Below, piece after piece: positions 13,545 through 25,588 of a stretch of DNA of 64,000 nucleotides. How positions within the stretch are numbered: position 1 is the first letter of the stretch; every line of letters starts with the position of its first letter. A program made the position numbers and the translations under genes. The notes beneath the pieces were generated by a model that ran no database searches, was not told the DNA's origin, and saw nothing but the letters and a program-made list of their open reading frames with translations. The stretch comes from Tetramitus jugosus (Eukaryota > Protista > Heterolobosea): positions 62,001 to 126,000 of the forward strand of contig OW569394.1 of assembly GCA_937625935.1 (NCBI GenBank), written 5' to 3'.

Positions 13545-14978
13545 TTAATTGTACACCATGTATGTTGGAGTGGCAGAGAACTTTTGGTATCCCTTAATGA
13601 CCTTGTTAATGGCATCGAGCATATCCTTCTCGCTCACAGTCTTACGTCTTGCACGAATGGCAAACATGCCAGCTTCTGTACAGACACTTCGAATTTCAGC
13701 ACCCGTACAGTTAGGGCACAATCTGGCCAACAACTCAAAACGAATATCTCTCTCACAGTTCATACTCCTGGAATGAATCTTGAAAATGTTGGCACGAGCT
13801 TCTTGATCAGGCAATCCGAATTCAATCTTTCTGTCCAATCTACCTGGACGCATCAAAGCAGGATCCAAAATATCTGGTCTGTTGGTGGCCATGAGCACCT
13901 TGATGTTACCTCTGGCTTCAAAACCGTCCAATTGATTCACAATTTCCAACATGGTTCTCTGTACTTCATTGTCACCACCGGCACCGTCATCAAATCTCGT
14001 ACCACCAATCGCATCGACTTCATCAAAGAAAATAATACAGGCTTTGCGCTGACGCGCCATTTGGAACAATTCACGCACCATTCTTGCTCCCTCACCCACA
14101 TACTTTTGAACCAATTCGGAACCAATGACACGAATAAAGGTGGCGTCTGTTCGATTCGCAACAGCTCTGGCTAACAGGGTCTTTTTGTGCGTAATACAAA
14201 CAAATGGGAGAGAGTTAGTACATGTATGTCAAGACAACAACAACAAGATATTGCGATTCAATGTGTGTATACAAACCTTTCCTGTTCCTGGTGGACCGTA
14301 CAGCAAAACACCCTTTGGTGGATCGATACCCAAGTTGATAAATCTCTCTGGATGCAACAGTGGCAATTCAACGACTTCACGAATCTTGTCAATTTGTTCC
14401 TTTGATCCACCCACATCAGCATAGGTCACATCTGGCTTCTCTTCCACGGTCATCATTGTCACAGTGGGATCAATCTTTGGTGGCAGTGGAATCTTGATTT
14501 GATACTTTGTACGATCGACACCGACACGCATGCCTTCTTCGATATCAGTCGGTGCGACACTCTCACCCAGACCGACCACAAACTTTGCAATCTGTCTCAC
14601 ATTGATCAAATGCTTCACTTCATCATCATCACCAGTTGGTTGAATAATCTTTGTACAGCGAGCAACTTGTAGTGGCAATTCTTGTTGGAGCATCAATTTA
14701 TCACCTTGAAGGTCCCACATGCTAGGTGGTGCAAGACCAGTGTCCGACTCCTTGATACCTGTCATCTCATTGACCGATTGTGCAATTTTTTTAATGTCGT
14801 CTTCGGCGGATTTAATCTTGTTGCTGTATGGTCCCTGTCCAAATCGTTTCAATAGGGCAATGTCTTCCAGATCAAGTGGATTCACTGGTTTGTCTTCATC
14901 TGGATTTTCAGCGAGCAGCGTTTGTTCGTTTGTTGCTGTTGTTGTTGGTTTTGTTTCTTCGTTATTGTTGTTTGACAT
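13545..14978 (-). CDS. PSMC2: 26S proteasome AAA-ATPase subunit RPT1; intron 14181-14276
   Basis: [28 protein letters not shown], Walker A GPPGTGK|[24 protein letters not shown]-terminal [11 protein letters not shown]. Confidence 0.97.
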
Positions 14979-15320
14979 TGTTGTTGTTGATATGATATAT
15001 GGTTTTTGTCAAAGAAATTACGAAATGTATGGATAAAGAGAAGATGATGGTGTACAGAGAGGTTTTGTTGTTGCTTTGTCAAATTTGCCTTTTCTCTTGT
15101 TGTTGAGCAAGCTTCTATGATTTTTGATCTTGGTTGCGACCCAAGAATGAAGATAAAAATAAAAACATGTTCCAACTTTACAATTAAATTTTTGGGAGAA
15201 GGTTCAATGAAAAAAGTTCAAACCGCGCTCGCACAAAACTATTCGATCAAAAATCTCTTCTATTTCATCAAAATCGATTTTGACATAAATTATTATTACT
15301 ACTGGACCTGAAACTGAGAC

Positions 15321-18300
15321 ATGACGAGTTTTTATGAATGTGTGGAGATTGAACTCAAAAGCTTTATCAAACAATACTGCTTTATCGAGCCAAACGATGA
15401 ACTTTTGAGTCTGATTGGTACACAATGGGATCAACTCGTATCACGCATACAAAACGATGAACGAAATCGTGTATTGAGAGACTTGTGGGACGATTTATTG
15501 ACTGATGTTTTCAAGGGCTCATTGTTTGAACAATTTGTACGGTTTGCTTTTTATTTTGGCGCCAAAAATTATTTTCCTCCTTGTGGCGCCAAAAATTCTT
15601 GTTTACGGCATGGACATGTGAGAGCTAACTGAGAAACCATTTTTTCATACACTGGTGACTATTATCCACCGTTATCCCAACCCCAATAGTCTACATGTAT
15701 TTTTAAGGCAACGAATCAAGAGCATAGATCCAATCTTCTCATGCACCATGGCATCTTCCACTTTTTGACCAACACACGGCTCGTTTTTTCACAAAACGAA
15801 AACAGAAAGGACCAATATCATCTGTTGACACTCAGTTTATTGACTGATGTGTTGGACTCTAGTACGATACCTCAGCTCACGGAGCTATTTTCCTTTGTGC
15901 AAAAAGATGAGGCGCTTTTGCGCTATCTCAGTGAAAAATTTCAGGATACACATGCGGAAACCAAGAAAAAGGTGCTTTCGATTGTCGCAAGCTTAAACAA
16001 GATTTTGGAACAGACATCGAAAACGCACAATAACAAACTGAGAGGTCTCGTTCTCCAGTTTATGGCCTTTTGTTGTTCGTTGGATGAGAGAAGTGCTGTG
16101 AATTTGCATGGTTTGGTCAATTTTTCATCTCATCAAACACCACCACATGAGGATGAAGCTGAGAACAAGGGAGATGCAATCTTGTTTTACACCAATTTTT
16201 GGAGTGTTCAAAGTTGGTTACAGAATCCTAGGCAGCGCATTTGTGATATCAAGACTGAAGATCGGAAAGAATTTGATCGATTTTATTTGATTTTGACGCA
16301 AATTTTGAATCATTTCGAAGAGAGACAAACGAATAAGAACAATCGAAGACTAGCGACGAATGCTGTGAGTGATACGAACGTTACGAGCGAGAACAAGAGA
16401 TTGAATGTTGATGAAGGTGTTGATCGAGAGGAAGACAATAACATTGGTGATGATGATGATGAAGCCTCTGCTGCCGTTTCCGCTGCGAATGACTTTTTCG
16501 TTTGTAAATATTTGACGAGCAAGAATTTGTTCGAATTGCAATTGGATGATGAGAAGTTTAGGCGTCAAATTTTGGTGCAAATCTTGATGGCACTTGGCTC
16601 GGTCTTGTTGGCCAACACGTTCGCACTCGATTCTACAAAATCAAAATCAAAGATTTCACTTACATTGACCTATGATGCGACGAATCGATTGAAGAAAGCA
16701 GTAGAAACATGCACTAGACTACTAAAGATGGACAATCCGATATTTGCTCGAAATTTGTTCATAATTTTGGATCGTGAGGCCAATTTTGCCAATTGGAAAT
16801 GGGTGAATAAGTGCAATAAGATTGTGCGATCATTTGACAAGAAGATTCATCGATTGCAATCAAGTACTACGGCACAAAAGAGTTATGCCTCTCAACGAAG
16901 CATCGATCGCGTCAGAGGTAAGATGAGAATGATGTTGAACAACAAGGAATCTGATGTTGAAAAGATTTTGGAAGATACGGAGAATGGACTCTTGTTGCAA
17001 CCAAATTATGACACGTATGTCAAAGATGTAATTACTAGAGAGGTTGAACGTGGAGATATGCCAGTGTCCTATCGCAAGATTTATGGTTGGAAGGCCATGA
17101 GACTGCTGTCTCGGAAGAGTATGGACGCGTTGAGCAACATGTCTGATGCGGTACCTGCAGACAATGCATCAGAGGAGGAATCTATGTTTACTAACCGGAT
17201 TCAACAAGTTGTGTACGAGTATCACAATCCTCCAGCACCAATCAATCCTCCTCCTGTTGAGCCACAGGAACAAACTCCAGCGGAATCTGTTCCTGAATTG
17301 AACGCAGCAAGTACTCTTGCTCAAGATATTGCTCCATGTGTTGCAGAACAATCAACAACAGACTCTTCCTCGCAACCTGAACAAGTTTCGGATCGAACAC
17401 TACAAGCGCCTCCACCACCACCTCCTCCAGTCGTCCTTGTTGCCAAGGAAAGCACCTTGGTGAAGAACTCAGCATCCGAGCCATTATCACCTGCTCCAAA
17501 ACCATTGTCTGCTGCACCTCCACCTCCACCGCCTCCACCACAGCCTGACACACCAACAACAGCTATCGACAAGACAATTGAGGCCCCAAAGACTCCAACA
17601 ACCAAGGCATCACCACCTGAGAAATCATACACAAGCGTTCGACCACCATCTCCACCAAGAGAACACGAGCCTCGAACTCCTGGTTCAAAACCATCGATTC
17701 CATCCTCTGCATCTTCACCACCATACAGACCATCTCCACCTCCTCATGCTGTCAGAGATAATGCCAATCAAAACAGAAGACACTCACCTGTTCACAATAG
17801 ATCAGTTGAAGAGAATCGATACCCTGGTTCGAACACGCGTGATGATCGCTACTATAGCAACCGTGGTCCATCTGATGAGCGTGATGATCGATACAGAGGA
17901 GGCGACGATCGATTCGACACACCTGACACCAACGGATCAGGCAGAAAGAAGAGAAGAAGAGATCAAAACTCTCAGTATTCGGATGATACGCCCGATAGTC
18001 AGACACAACGCTCTCCTATGACACCAGGCAGTGCTTCCTCTCAGAGCGGTGGCAGAAGAAACAACAAGCGCTATCGGATGGATGAACAGCAGTCTCCTCG
18101 TGATTACTTTCCTCATCCTAGTCCATCACAGTTGCCTTCTCCTCACACACCTCAAGAGATGAACTATAGTCACAGCAGCGACAATGATGGATATCGTCAT
18201 ATGAACTCCAATGATCGCAACAGATCATCCAATCAAAAGGCGAAACACAACAACAATAACGGCAACATGAACACCAATAACAACAACAATACCGGAACTA

Positions 18301-18353
18301 ATTATAATAACCAACAGCAACAGCATAATAAACATCGAAGAAACAGGAGATAG
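15321..18353 (+). CDS. THOC1: THO complex subunit 1 (Hpr1) with long Pro/Arg-rich tail; intron about 15537-15689
   Basis: ERSAVNLHG, FYTNFWSVQSWLQNP, KYLTSKNLFELQLDDEKFRRQILVQ and YGWKAMRLL motifs. A GT..TAG intron joins the 15321 and 15741 ORFs in frame. Confidence 0.85.
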
Positions 18354-18466
18354 TCAGCTGTTTGACTTGTCTCTTCTCAAAAGCGTCAAAACAAATGAAT
18401 GAGATTGTTTACATAATAATATGTACATGTTTACTATTTACATTATCTTCAATACTTCGTTTGTAA

Positions 18467-18982
18467 CTATTCCAGGAATTCAGTGTACAAATGAATGGCA
18501 TATGTAAAGATGTATACATCACCTGGAATAGTGACCAAATCGACAGCTCCAGTGGCAGCAGTAAACCTTCCGGTTCCTCCAATGATTGCATTCGTGTTGT
18601 TACTTGGTTCAGTCAGAAGATCCAATTGTTCTCCTTGCAATTGAATGGAACTCACACCATCATTGAGATAGAAACTATAGTTGCACTGGTATGTAGACGC
18701 GCAAGTGTCAGGATCGATCCTAACAACGATGCACTGTCCTTGGGTGTAACCAATAAGTTCTGTCAAATCAGCATTGAACAAATCATCTCTATAGTTATAG
18801 AAGTCACCCAGGTTTCCACAAGTATCATTGGTACCGGCTGGGAAACTGCTGCTGAATCCTCCTGATTTTTCGACCCAGTGGATAGTGGTTGAACATGGAG
18901 GGGGCACAAAGGTGGTTGGACACTGTGCCATACAAATGGAGGCAACACAGAGTACAATAAGTGCAATAAATACTTGTTTCAT
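18467..18982 (-). CDS. Secreted allene oxide cyclase/dirigent-like beta-barrel protein, copy 1
   Basis: Signal peptide; LGD..L..ADL...IG.TQG.C, YSFY..D, IQLQG and AIIGGTGRFTAATG motifs. Confidence 0.75.
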   Translation of the reverse strand: MKQVFIALIVLCVASICMAQCPTTFVPPPCSTTIHWVEKSGGFSSSFPAGTNDTCGNLGDFYNYRDDLFNADLTELIGYTQGQCIVVRIDPDTCASTYQCNYSFYLNDGVSSIQLQGEQLDLLTEPSNNTNAIIGGTGRFTAATGAVDLVTIPGDVYIFTYAIHLYTEFLE

Positions 18983-19429
18983 AGTTCTTTGGTATTAGTT
19001 GGAAGGAGTTGTCTTGTTTGGTGTAATTGCAGAAGATAAGAAAAAATGAGCTCTGACTTTTTAAAAGTTAAATGGTCGAAGTCCAAAAGAAACCAAACAA
19101 TCACCCTTCGGAGATAGCTTTGTGTCCCAATGAAAGAGAGGGAGGTATGGATAGGTCAAATTCAAGGAGTCTTTCTGGTCCAAGATCGTTTTTGCGCTCC
19201 CGTCAATCGATAGTCCCCGGTCGAACTGGTAGGCAAAGTTGAAAACTGCTTTTTCGGTCGCCTCTTTTCGGTATTACTCTCTAAATACTCTCTGGACTTT
19301 GTTATGAGATACCTTTCATCCACTGACAGAAAAAACCAATTCACAAAAGTAAATCAAGGCTCGAATCTATTTCCACGTTTTCTGTTCTGATCGGTTCCTG
19401 CAACCAAATCCTTTTTGTGCCCTTCTTAA

Positions 19430-20095
19430 ATGGAGAAAGCGGAGGTCGAGCGGGTTTATAAGAAGGGAGGGCCTATTGCTCCTCAGATGATCAGAATTGC
19501 AACTACAATTTGTCCTGTTATCACATTCAGAGATAGATTCTAGCTCTAGAAGATTGCCGTCTTGTATTTAAGTTGAGGGAAGCTGCTGAGAAAGAGAAGA
19601 TCTTCATTGATGGATTGTCAGAGTTGAAGGTGGCAAAGAGAATGCTAAGTTCACACTCAAAGATACCAAGTTAAGTTTGAGGAAGTAAAATATCGGCATC
19701 CTCTGGTTTCTCGTATCCCATTCAAGATGTTGTGCAAGCTACACATCGAAAAAACGGAGTACAAATTGGGCCCTCTGGACAGGTTAACATTTGCTGGTAA
19801 AGAACCGGATTGGAGAAATCACAGGTGCATGTACTGCGTGGCTGGGGATGAGAATAATCATAAAATGTCCTGACTCAGAAAAGAAGAAAGATGGAGAAGC
19901 TTGGTTCGAAGAAAAGGTGTGCTAACCCAAATTACTTGTATACACACTGACACCAACAACTATCGATAAGACTAGTGAGGCACCAAAGACTCCAGCAACC
20001 TAGGCATCGAGAAATTTCTGGCAACAGATCCCATCGAAAGGCGGAATACACAACAACAACAGGAACCAATTGAAATAAACTTCGAAGCAACATGA
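19430..20095 (+). mobile_element. Possible decayed retroelement gag/ORF1 remnant
   Basis: Stop- and frameshift-riddled coding-like segment with a broken zinc-knuckle-like motif (RCMYC...H /frameshift/ CPD), lying between two tandem gene copies. Confidence 0.25.
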
Positions 20096-20189
20096 GATAG
20101 AAAAGTTCATTTACTCGTTTCTTCTCTCAAAACAAGTGAATGAGGTTGTTTACTTCTTTACATTTTTATGTTCAATACTTCCGATGTAA

Positions 20190-20707
20190 CTATTCCAGGA
20201 ATTCAGTGTACAAATGAAGGGCATATGTAAAAGTATATACTTCACCCGGTATAGTGACCACATCTACAGCTCCAGTGGCAGCAGTAAACCTTCCGGTTCC
20301 TCCAATGATTGCATTCGTGTTGTTACTTGGTTCAGTCAGAAGATCCAATTGTTCTCCTTGCAATTGAATGGAACTCACACCATCATTGAGATAGAAACTA
20401 TAGTTGCACTGGAATGAGGCTGCGCAGGTGTCAGGATCTATCTCAACAGCGATGCACTGTCCTTGGGTGTGACCAATCAGGCTTGTCAAATCAGCATTAA
20501 ACAAATCATTTCTATAGTTATAGAAGTCACCCAGGTTTCCACAAGTATCATTGGTACCTGCTAGGAAATAGTTGCTGAGTCCTCCTGATTTTTCGACCGA
20601 GCTTATGGTGGTGGTTGAACATGGAGGGGCACAAAGGTGGTTGGGCAGTGCCCCATACAAATAGAGGCAACACAGAGTACAATAAGTGCAATAAATACTT
20701 GTTTCAT
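20190..20707 (-). pseudogene. AOC/dirigent-like copy 2 with a 1-nt frameshift (or homopolymer sequencing error)
   Basis: ATG at 20705-20707 and the signal peptide match copy 1. The G-run near 20626-20629 has one G fewer than copy 1, putting the signal peptide out of frame with the barrel. Confidence 0.75.
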
Positions 20708-21091
20708 AGTTCTTTGGTATTAGTTGGAGTCTTCTTGTTTGGTGTAATTGTAGAAGCAAAGAAACAGCGACTAGGCCTTTTTAATAGTTGGCCCACGGGG
20801 TGAATTTAGGCATAGAAGAGATAGTTTTATGTCCCAATGAAAGAGAAGGAGGTATGAATAGGTCAAATTCAAGGAGTCTTTCTGGTCAAGATCGTTTTTT
20901 GTTGCTCCCAACAATCAATAGTCCGCTGACCTATTCGCTTTTCAACTTGGGATTCTCTGGTCGTTCATCGAACTACAAATGATGAGTTTGATAGAGAACC
21001 GTGAAAGTATATGAATGAGAGGAAAATCACCTTGATTTTTTCTTTTGTAAAATGAGATTTATCAAATTTATTTGTTTACATTGTTTGAACA

Positions 21092-21631
21092 TTACTCACT
21101 GCTGTCTTCGTGTGGTTCCAGTTGTTCAGTGTACAAATGAATGGCGTATCGGTAGAGGTAGTCATCACCAGGTACAACGACCTGATCTGCAGCTCCAGTG
21201 GCAGCAACAAACCTTCCAGTGCCTCCAATGATGGCATTAGTCGTGATACTTGACTCAGTCAGAAGGTCAACATATTCTCCTTGTAACTGAATGGAACTGA
21301 CACCATCATTGAGATAGAGACCATAGTTGCACTCGTATGTGGTTGCGCAGGTGTCAGGATCAATCTTAACGACGAAACATTGTCCCTGTGTGTAACCAAT
21401 GAGTCTTGTCAAATCAGCATTAAACAAATCGTCTCTATAATTATAGATGTCGCCCAAGTTTCCACAAGTATCATTGGTACCGGCTGGGAAGACACTTTCG
21501 AATCCTCCGGTTGATCTTTCGACCCAGTTTATGGTGGTTGAGCAAGGAGGAGGTACAAAGGTGGTTGGACACTGTCCCATACAATAGGAAGCAATAACCA
21601 GTGTAATAAGGGCAATTAATACTTGTTTCAT
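21092..21631 (-). CDS. Secreted allene oxide cyclase/dirigent-like beta-barrel protein, copy 3
   Basis: Intact, more diverged paralog of 18467-18982 with the same motifs. Confidence 0.75.
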   Translation of the reverse strand: MKQVLIALITLVIASYCMGQCPTTFVPPPCSTTINWVERSTGGFESVFPAGTNDTCGNLGDIYNYRDDLFNADLTRLIGYTQGQCFVVKIDPDTCATTYECNYGLYLNDGVSSIQLQGEYVDLLTESSITTNAIIGGTGRFVAATGAADQVVVPGDDYLYRYAIHLYTEQLEPHEDSSE

Positions 21632-21998
21632 AGTTCTTTTATCTCAAGTTGGAGTTGTGTTGTTTGATCAGAGAAGAAATAGCGAAAAGAAAACTCTGCT
21701 GTTTTATCAGTGGTTCAAAAGGTCCAAAAGAAGCCATGAGCTCTTCAATAATACATCAGAGACATCTAAATGTCCCAACAAAAGAGCAGGAGGCTTGAAA
21801 CAGTTTCTTCAGGAGAGTTTTTCTAGTCCCAATTCGTAAATACGCTCCCGACTATCAATAGTCCGCTGACACATTCCTTTTTCATCTTTGGTACAAAGGT
21901 CATATACCGTTTCTGGCTTTTTGTTCGTTTATCACACTACGGACCCTTTGGCAAACAAAGAGCTCTTTAATACAATCAGTTTATTTATTAAATACAAA

Positions 21999-22772
21999 TT
22001 AGTCAATCATTAATGACGAAGTTTCACTGGAAGGATCACACAACAAATCCACTTCAGTGTCCATCATCATTTGTGCTGCCATCTCACCACCAACATCCAT
22101 CTCAGACGACAACAAGGAAATTTCTTCTTCTTGTTTTGGCTCTGCTTCTTCTAAAGCTTGCACTTGTTCTTCTTCTTGTTTTTGTGGCTCTGTTGTAGTA
22201 GTAGTAGCTACGATTGACTGTCCTTCATCAGACGTTGGTTGTTGCTGCTGCTGAGAGGAGGTCTCTTGTGATTCCTCTTCTTCTTCTTGAGATTCATCTT
22301 CCATGGTTTGACTTGACTGAAATTGAGCACTCATTTTCACCTTTTGCTCAGCTTCCAATGTCTCTTCCCATTTCTTTTGTCTCAATAGCTCTTGTTCTTG
22401 TTCAGAGTAAGGAACCCAACGATTGGCTTGAAAAGCTTGATGTGTCGATGTAGTGTTCACCTTGGCCCAGAATCGCACTGGTGTGTGCTTGTTTCTCTGT
22501 ATCCAATTTTGCTTAAAGTAAGCAAACGAATTTGGATTGATGCCTGATCCTGGTGGCGCGAAGCCAGTCGGAGTAGATGTTGAATTGGCGCCACTTCGAG
22601 TTGACCGCCCGCCATTTTCTGGCGCCAAATCATCGTCGGAGTTTCCACTTTGAGCTTCATCATCAGTGGCAGTTAATGGTGTGATGGGTGTATTTGTGCT
22701 GCCCACAGACAATAAATTGTGATTGTTGTTGGGTTGGCCTCTTGTTCCTGATCTTGTTGTTCGTGTGCTCAT
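21999..22772 (-). CDS. Hypothetical acidic protein with possible BCL7-like motif
   Basis: Probable start MSTRTTRS; PVRFWAK...ANRWVP motif followed by an acidic low-complexity tail. Confidence 0.5.
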   Translation of the reverse strand: MSTRTTRSGTRGQPNNNHNLLSVGSTNTPITPLTATDDEAQSGNSDDDLAPENGGRSTRSGANSTSTPTGFAPPGSGINPNSFAYFKQNWIQRNKHTPVRFWAKVNTTSTHQAFQANRWVPYSEQEQELLRQKKWEETLEAEQKVKMSAQFQSSQTMEDESQEEEEESQETSSQQQQQPTSDEGQSIVATTTTTEPQKQEEEQVQALEEAEPKQEEEISLLSSEMDVGGEMAAQMMMDTEVDLLCDPSSETSSLMID

Positions 22773-23289
22773 TTCGCCGTTGAATGTTGTCGAATGTTTT
22801 TCGGGGTAAAACGGAGAAATGATTTTAGAATAAAACACCTTCATCAAGCTTTAAGTTTGATTGTTTCGATGATTCTAATATTTCTTTCTACTTAAAAGTT
22901 GAAAGTGCTTTTAACTCAAAGGACGATATGGTGTATCATCAATGACGTATCTTTCTTGAATTTGGAAGAGTTCAATCTTAAGGTCGATTTCATGGCGGAC
23001 AACAAAAAGTTTTTCGGAAACATGTTGAGTTCACCCAACAAAAAAAGGCCAACAACCTTTACGATGTGGTTATCTTGAAACTCTTAGAAAACAAGAAGGT
23101 TGATTGAGAAGGAACGTTATCAGATCCCATGAAAAGTTTCTGTAAATCGGTCAGAGCTGATTTTAAAAATTCCGAACACCGAGATTGAAGATTCAATTTG
23201 GAGTTGGAACAAAGTTCTGACCTTGTCAGACATCGCGCTTCTGGTCCCAGAAACCAAATCTCAAACAGAACAAGTAGCACTACACAAAC

Positions 23290-25479
23290 ATGAGACGTTC
23301 AGGTCGTGTCAGAGCTATGACACCCAAGGTACAAGCACAGCAGAATGGAGAAAAGAAGAAATCGGGAAGAGCAAAGTTCAGGAACAAGATGGGAACCTCA
23401 AACGAAGATGGATCTATTGTTGAGATGAATGCAGCAGCAGATGGTTCTGCGATCGCTTCATCCATTGACAATTTTGAGTTCACTTTTGAAAAATGGGAAG
23501 AAAAGAACAATGAACGAAAAATGAGAAATATTGAACTTAGACGAGAGGTTACACAGAGAGACAAGATTAAAAAGTATTTGGAGGAGACCAATGAAGAATT
23601 GTCAGAAAAGTACGAGCTGTATTTTGAGTACTTTAAGATTGATTCGAGAGATTTTTGGAAGCTGTTGAAGACTTATGACTTGTTTCAATATAAAGTGGAG
23701 GATTTGAAAACAGATATGGATGATATGTTTAGACTGACAAAGGCTTCATACAATATGCAAATGGTAATGAGCAGATTGTGCATATTGGCCACTGTGGATA
23801 AGTACAGAGAGGAAATTCTCAAATATTTGAACTGGAGTGAATTGTTGAGTATTTACAATGTTGGTATCACACTTGTGGAGGAGCAGCTTGATCCGTTTAT
23901 TGTTTTGTTATCGAATCTACTTGCAACTCTTGCGAGTTTCCCTGATTCTCATTTAACTCTGTTCCATCATCGTGTCGATAGAATTGTCCTTACTTACTTG
24001 ACAGAAGTGTCGAACGAAGACACTTACAAGTTTGAAGTCACCAAGCAACATCAGCTCAGTTGCCTCAGAATTATTGCCAGATTATCATCAAATGGTTCGT
24101 ATTTTACCTTAACCTTTGTTAATGGATTTTGTCTTTGCTGACAGAACGTTTTCTTAGATTTGTACCAGTGTAATGACGAATTTAGAGTTGTTCTCAAGAG
24201 TATCAGTGATTGTATCGGAAGAGAGAGTCTTTCGCTCCATATCCCGAAATCAAAGAAGAAATTTGACAAGAACTCCTTCTCGTATGAACTGGTGCATTGT
24301 TGTGCCAATATTTTAGCCAATTTGAGCTCATTAGGTAAGAAAGAATCAATTTGTCTTTTGTTTTGGTCCATGAAATTACCACTTGTTTTCAATAGATTCA
24401 TTCAACGGAATTCCCAGAGGATCAACACAAACAATCGAGCAAATTATTCTATTGAGTCACTATCAGAACAGCGAGTACTTGTCTCTTTATATTGACTTGT
24501 TACTTCTTAACTTATTATCGAGAGAAGGTAGGTATATACATTGGTTTGACGTGAGTTAACTAGTTACTAACACAAAAATGACAATTTAGATTCTGCTCAG
24601 GCATTGAAGATTAAATCTGACGAAACAATAGTGAGCGATTACTTGGCTTGTATCTCCAATGACGTCAACAGAGAATTAGCGAGCGAATCTGATGGTGTGC
24701 AACATTTGCTCAGCTATTCTATCAAAACCCCATTTGATCTTAGCACGGATCACATGTTAACAAGAGAAGATTTTGCTCAGCGAGAGCTCGAAGTACCAAC
24801 AACTACTAGATCCAATGTCGTGACTATTGCAAGAGGAGGAAAGTGTCACAAACCTGTCATCTACGTCTACTCGGAAGTAGATCGTGCTTCAGTGAGAGTG
24901 AACCTAGTGTTTGATGGTGTTCTTACTCACTTGTATCCACTACCTTCATTAGTACATCCCAACAAGTCAGTCAGTTGGGACATCACCACACAGAAGAATG
25001 GACACATAACAATGGATGATAGCTCGTACCGATACTTATTCTGGGAAGGGGATATCCAGCAACAAAGGCTAGCTTATCTTCTTTGTCAATTTTCAAAGCA
25101 TTCAGCCACGCTTGTTTCCGACAATACTCTGATATCTTATCTGGAAGAATCACTTCTCGCTTTTGGAATGATTGACCACGAGATACAAGACTTTATTACG
25201 TACTGGTTGCCCGTTTTGAATCAACACAAGTTCAACTACATTCAATTCGTTGACAAGGCCTACACGGACGCTGCCTCTCTCACAACTCAGCCAGCCTATC
25301 AAAACTGCCTTCGAGTGTTCATGCTCTTCGCAGGTTGCGATCACCCACCAGCACAGCTTCCAGAGATTTCATCGACCAAGCTCGAGCCTCTTGATACTGC
25401 ATTCAATCGAGATGGACTCACTGTGGTTGAGTGGGGAGGAATGAATGTTAGGAACCTTGTGTTCCATGGTCATTGGTAA
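23290..25479 (+). CDS. Four-exon protein: coiled-coil/ARM-like N-terminus fused to a KPVIY...YLFWEG...VVEWGG domain (exons 23290-24094, 24158-24334, 24396-24527, 24590-25479)
   Basis: Three phase-1 GT-AG introns give one continuous frame. Last exon carries KPVIYVY, YRYLFWEG, DFITYWLP, LRVFMLF and RDGLTVVEWGG. Confidence 0.75.
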
Positions 25480-25588
25480 AGTCACGTGTAAAATTCCGAC
25501 TGCGGAAAAAATGAACAAGGGGATAGGACTCAAAACTAGATGCCGTTGACCTGGTGGACACACGAGTATCGAAAAACGAAAGAAGACC

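Noticed and set aside
13539-14174. 211-aa antisense ORF over RPT1, and similar long antisense ORFs over FAM21
   Set aside because: Shadow ORFs caused by codon bias of the real gene on the other strand.
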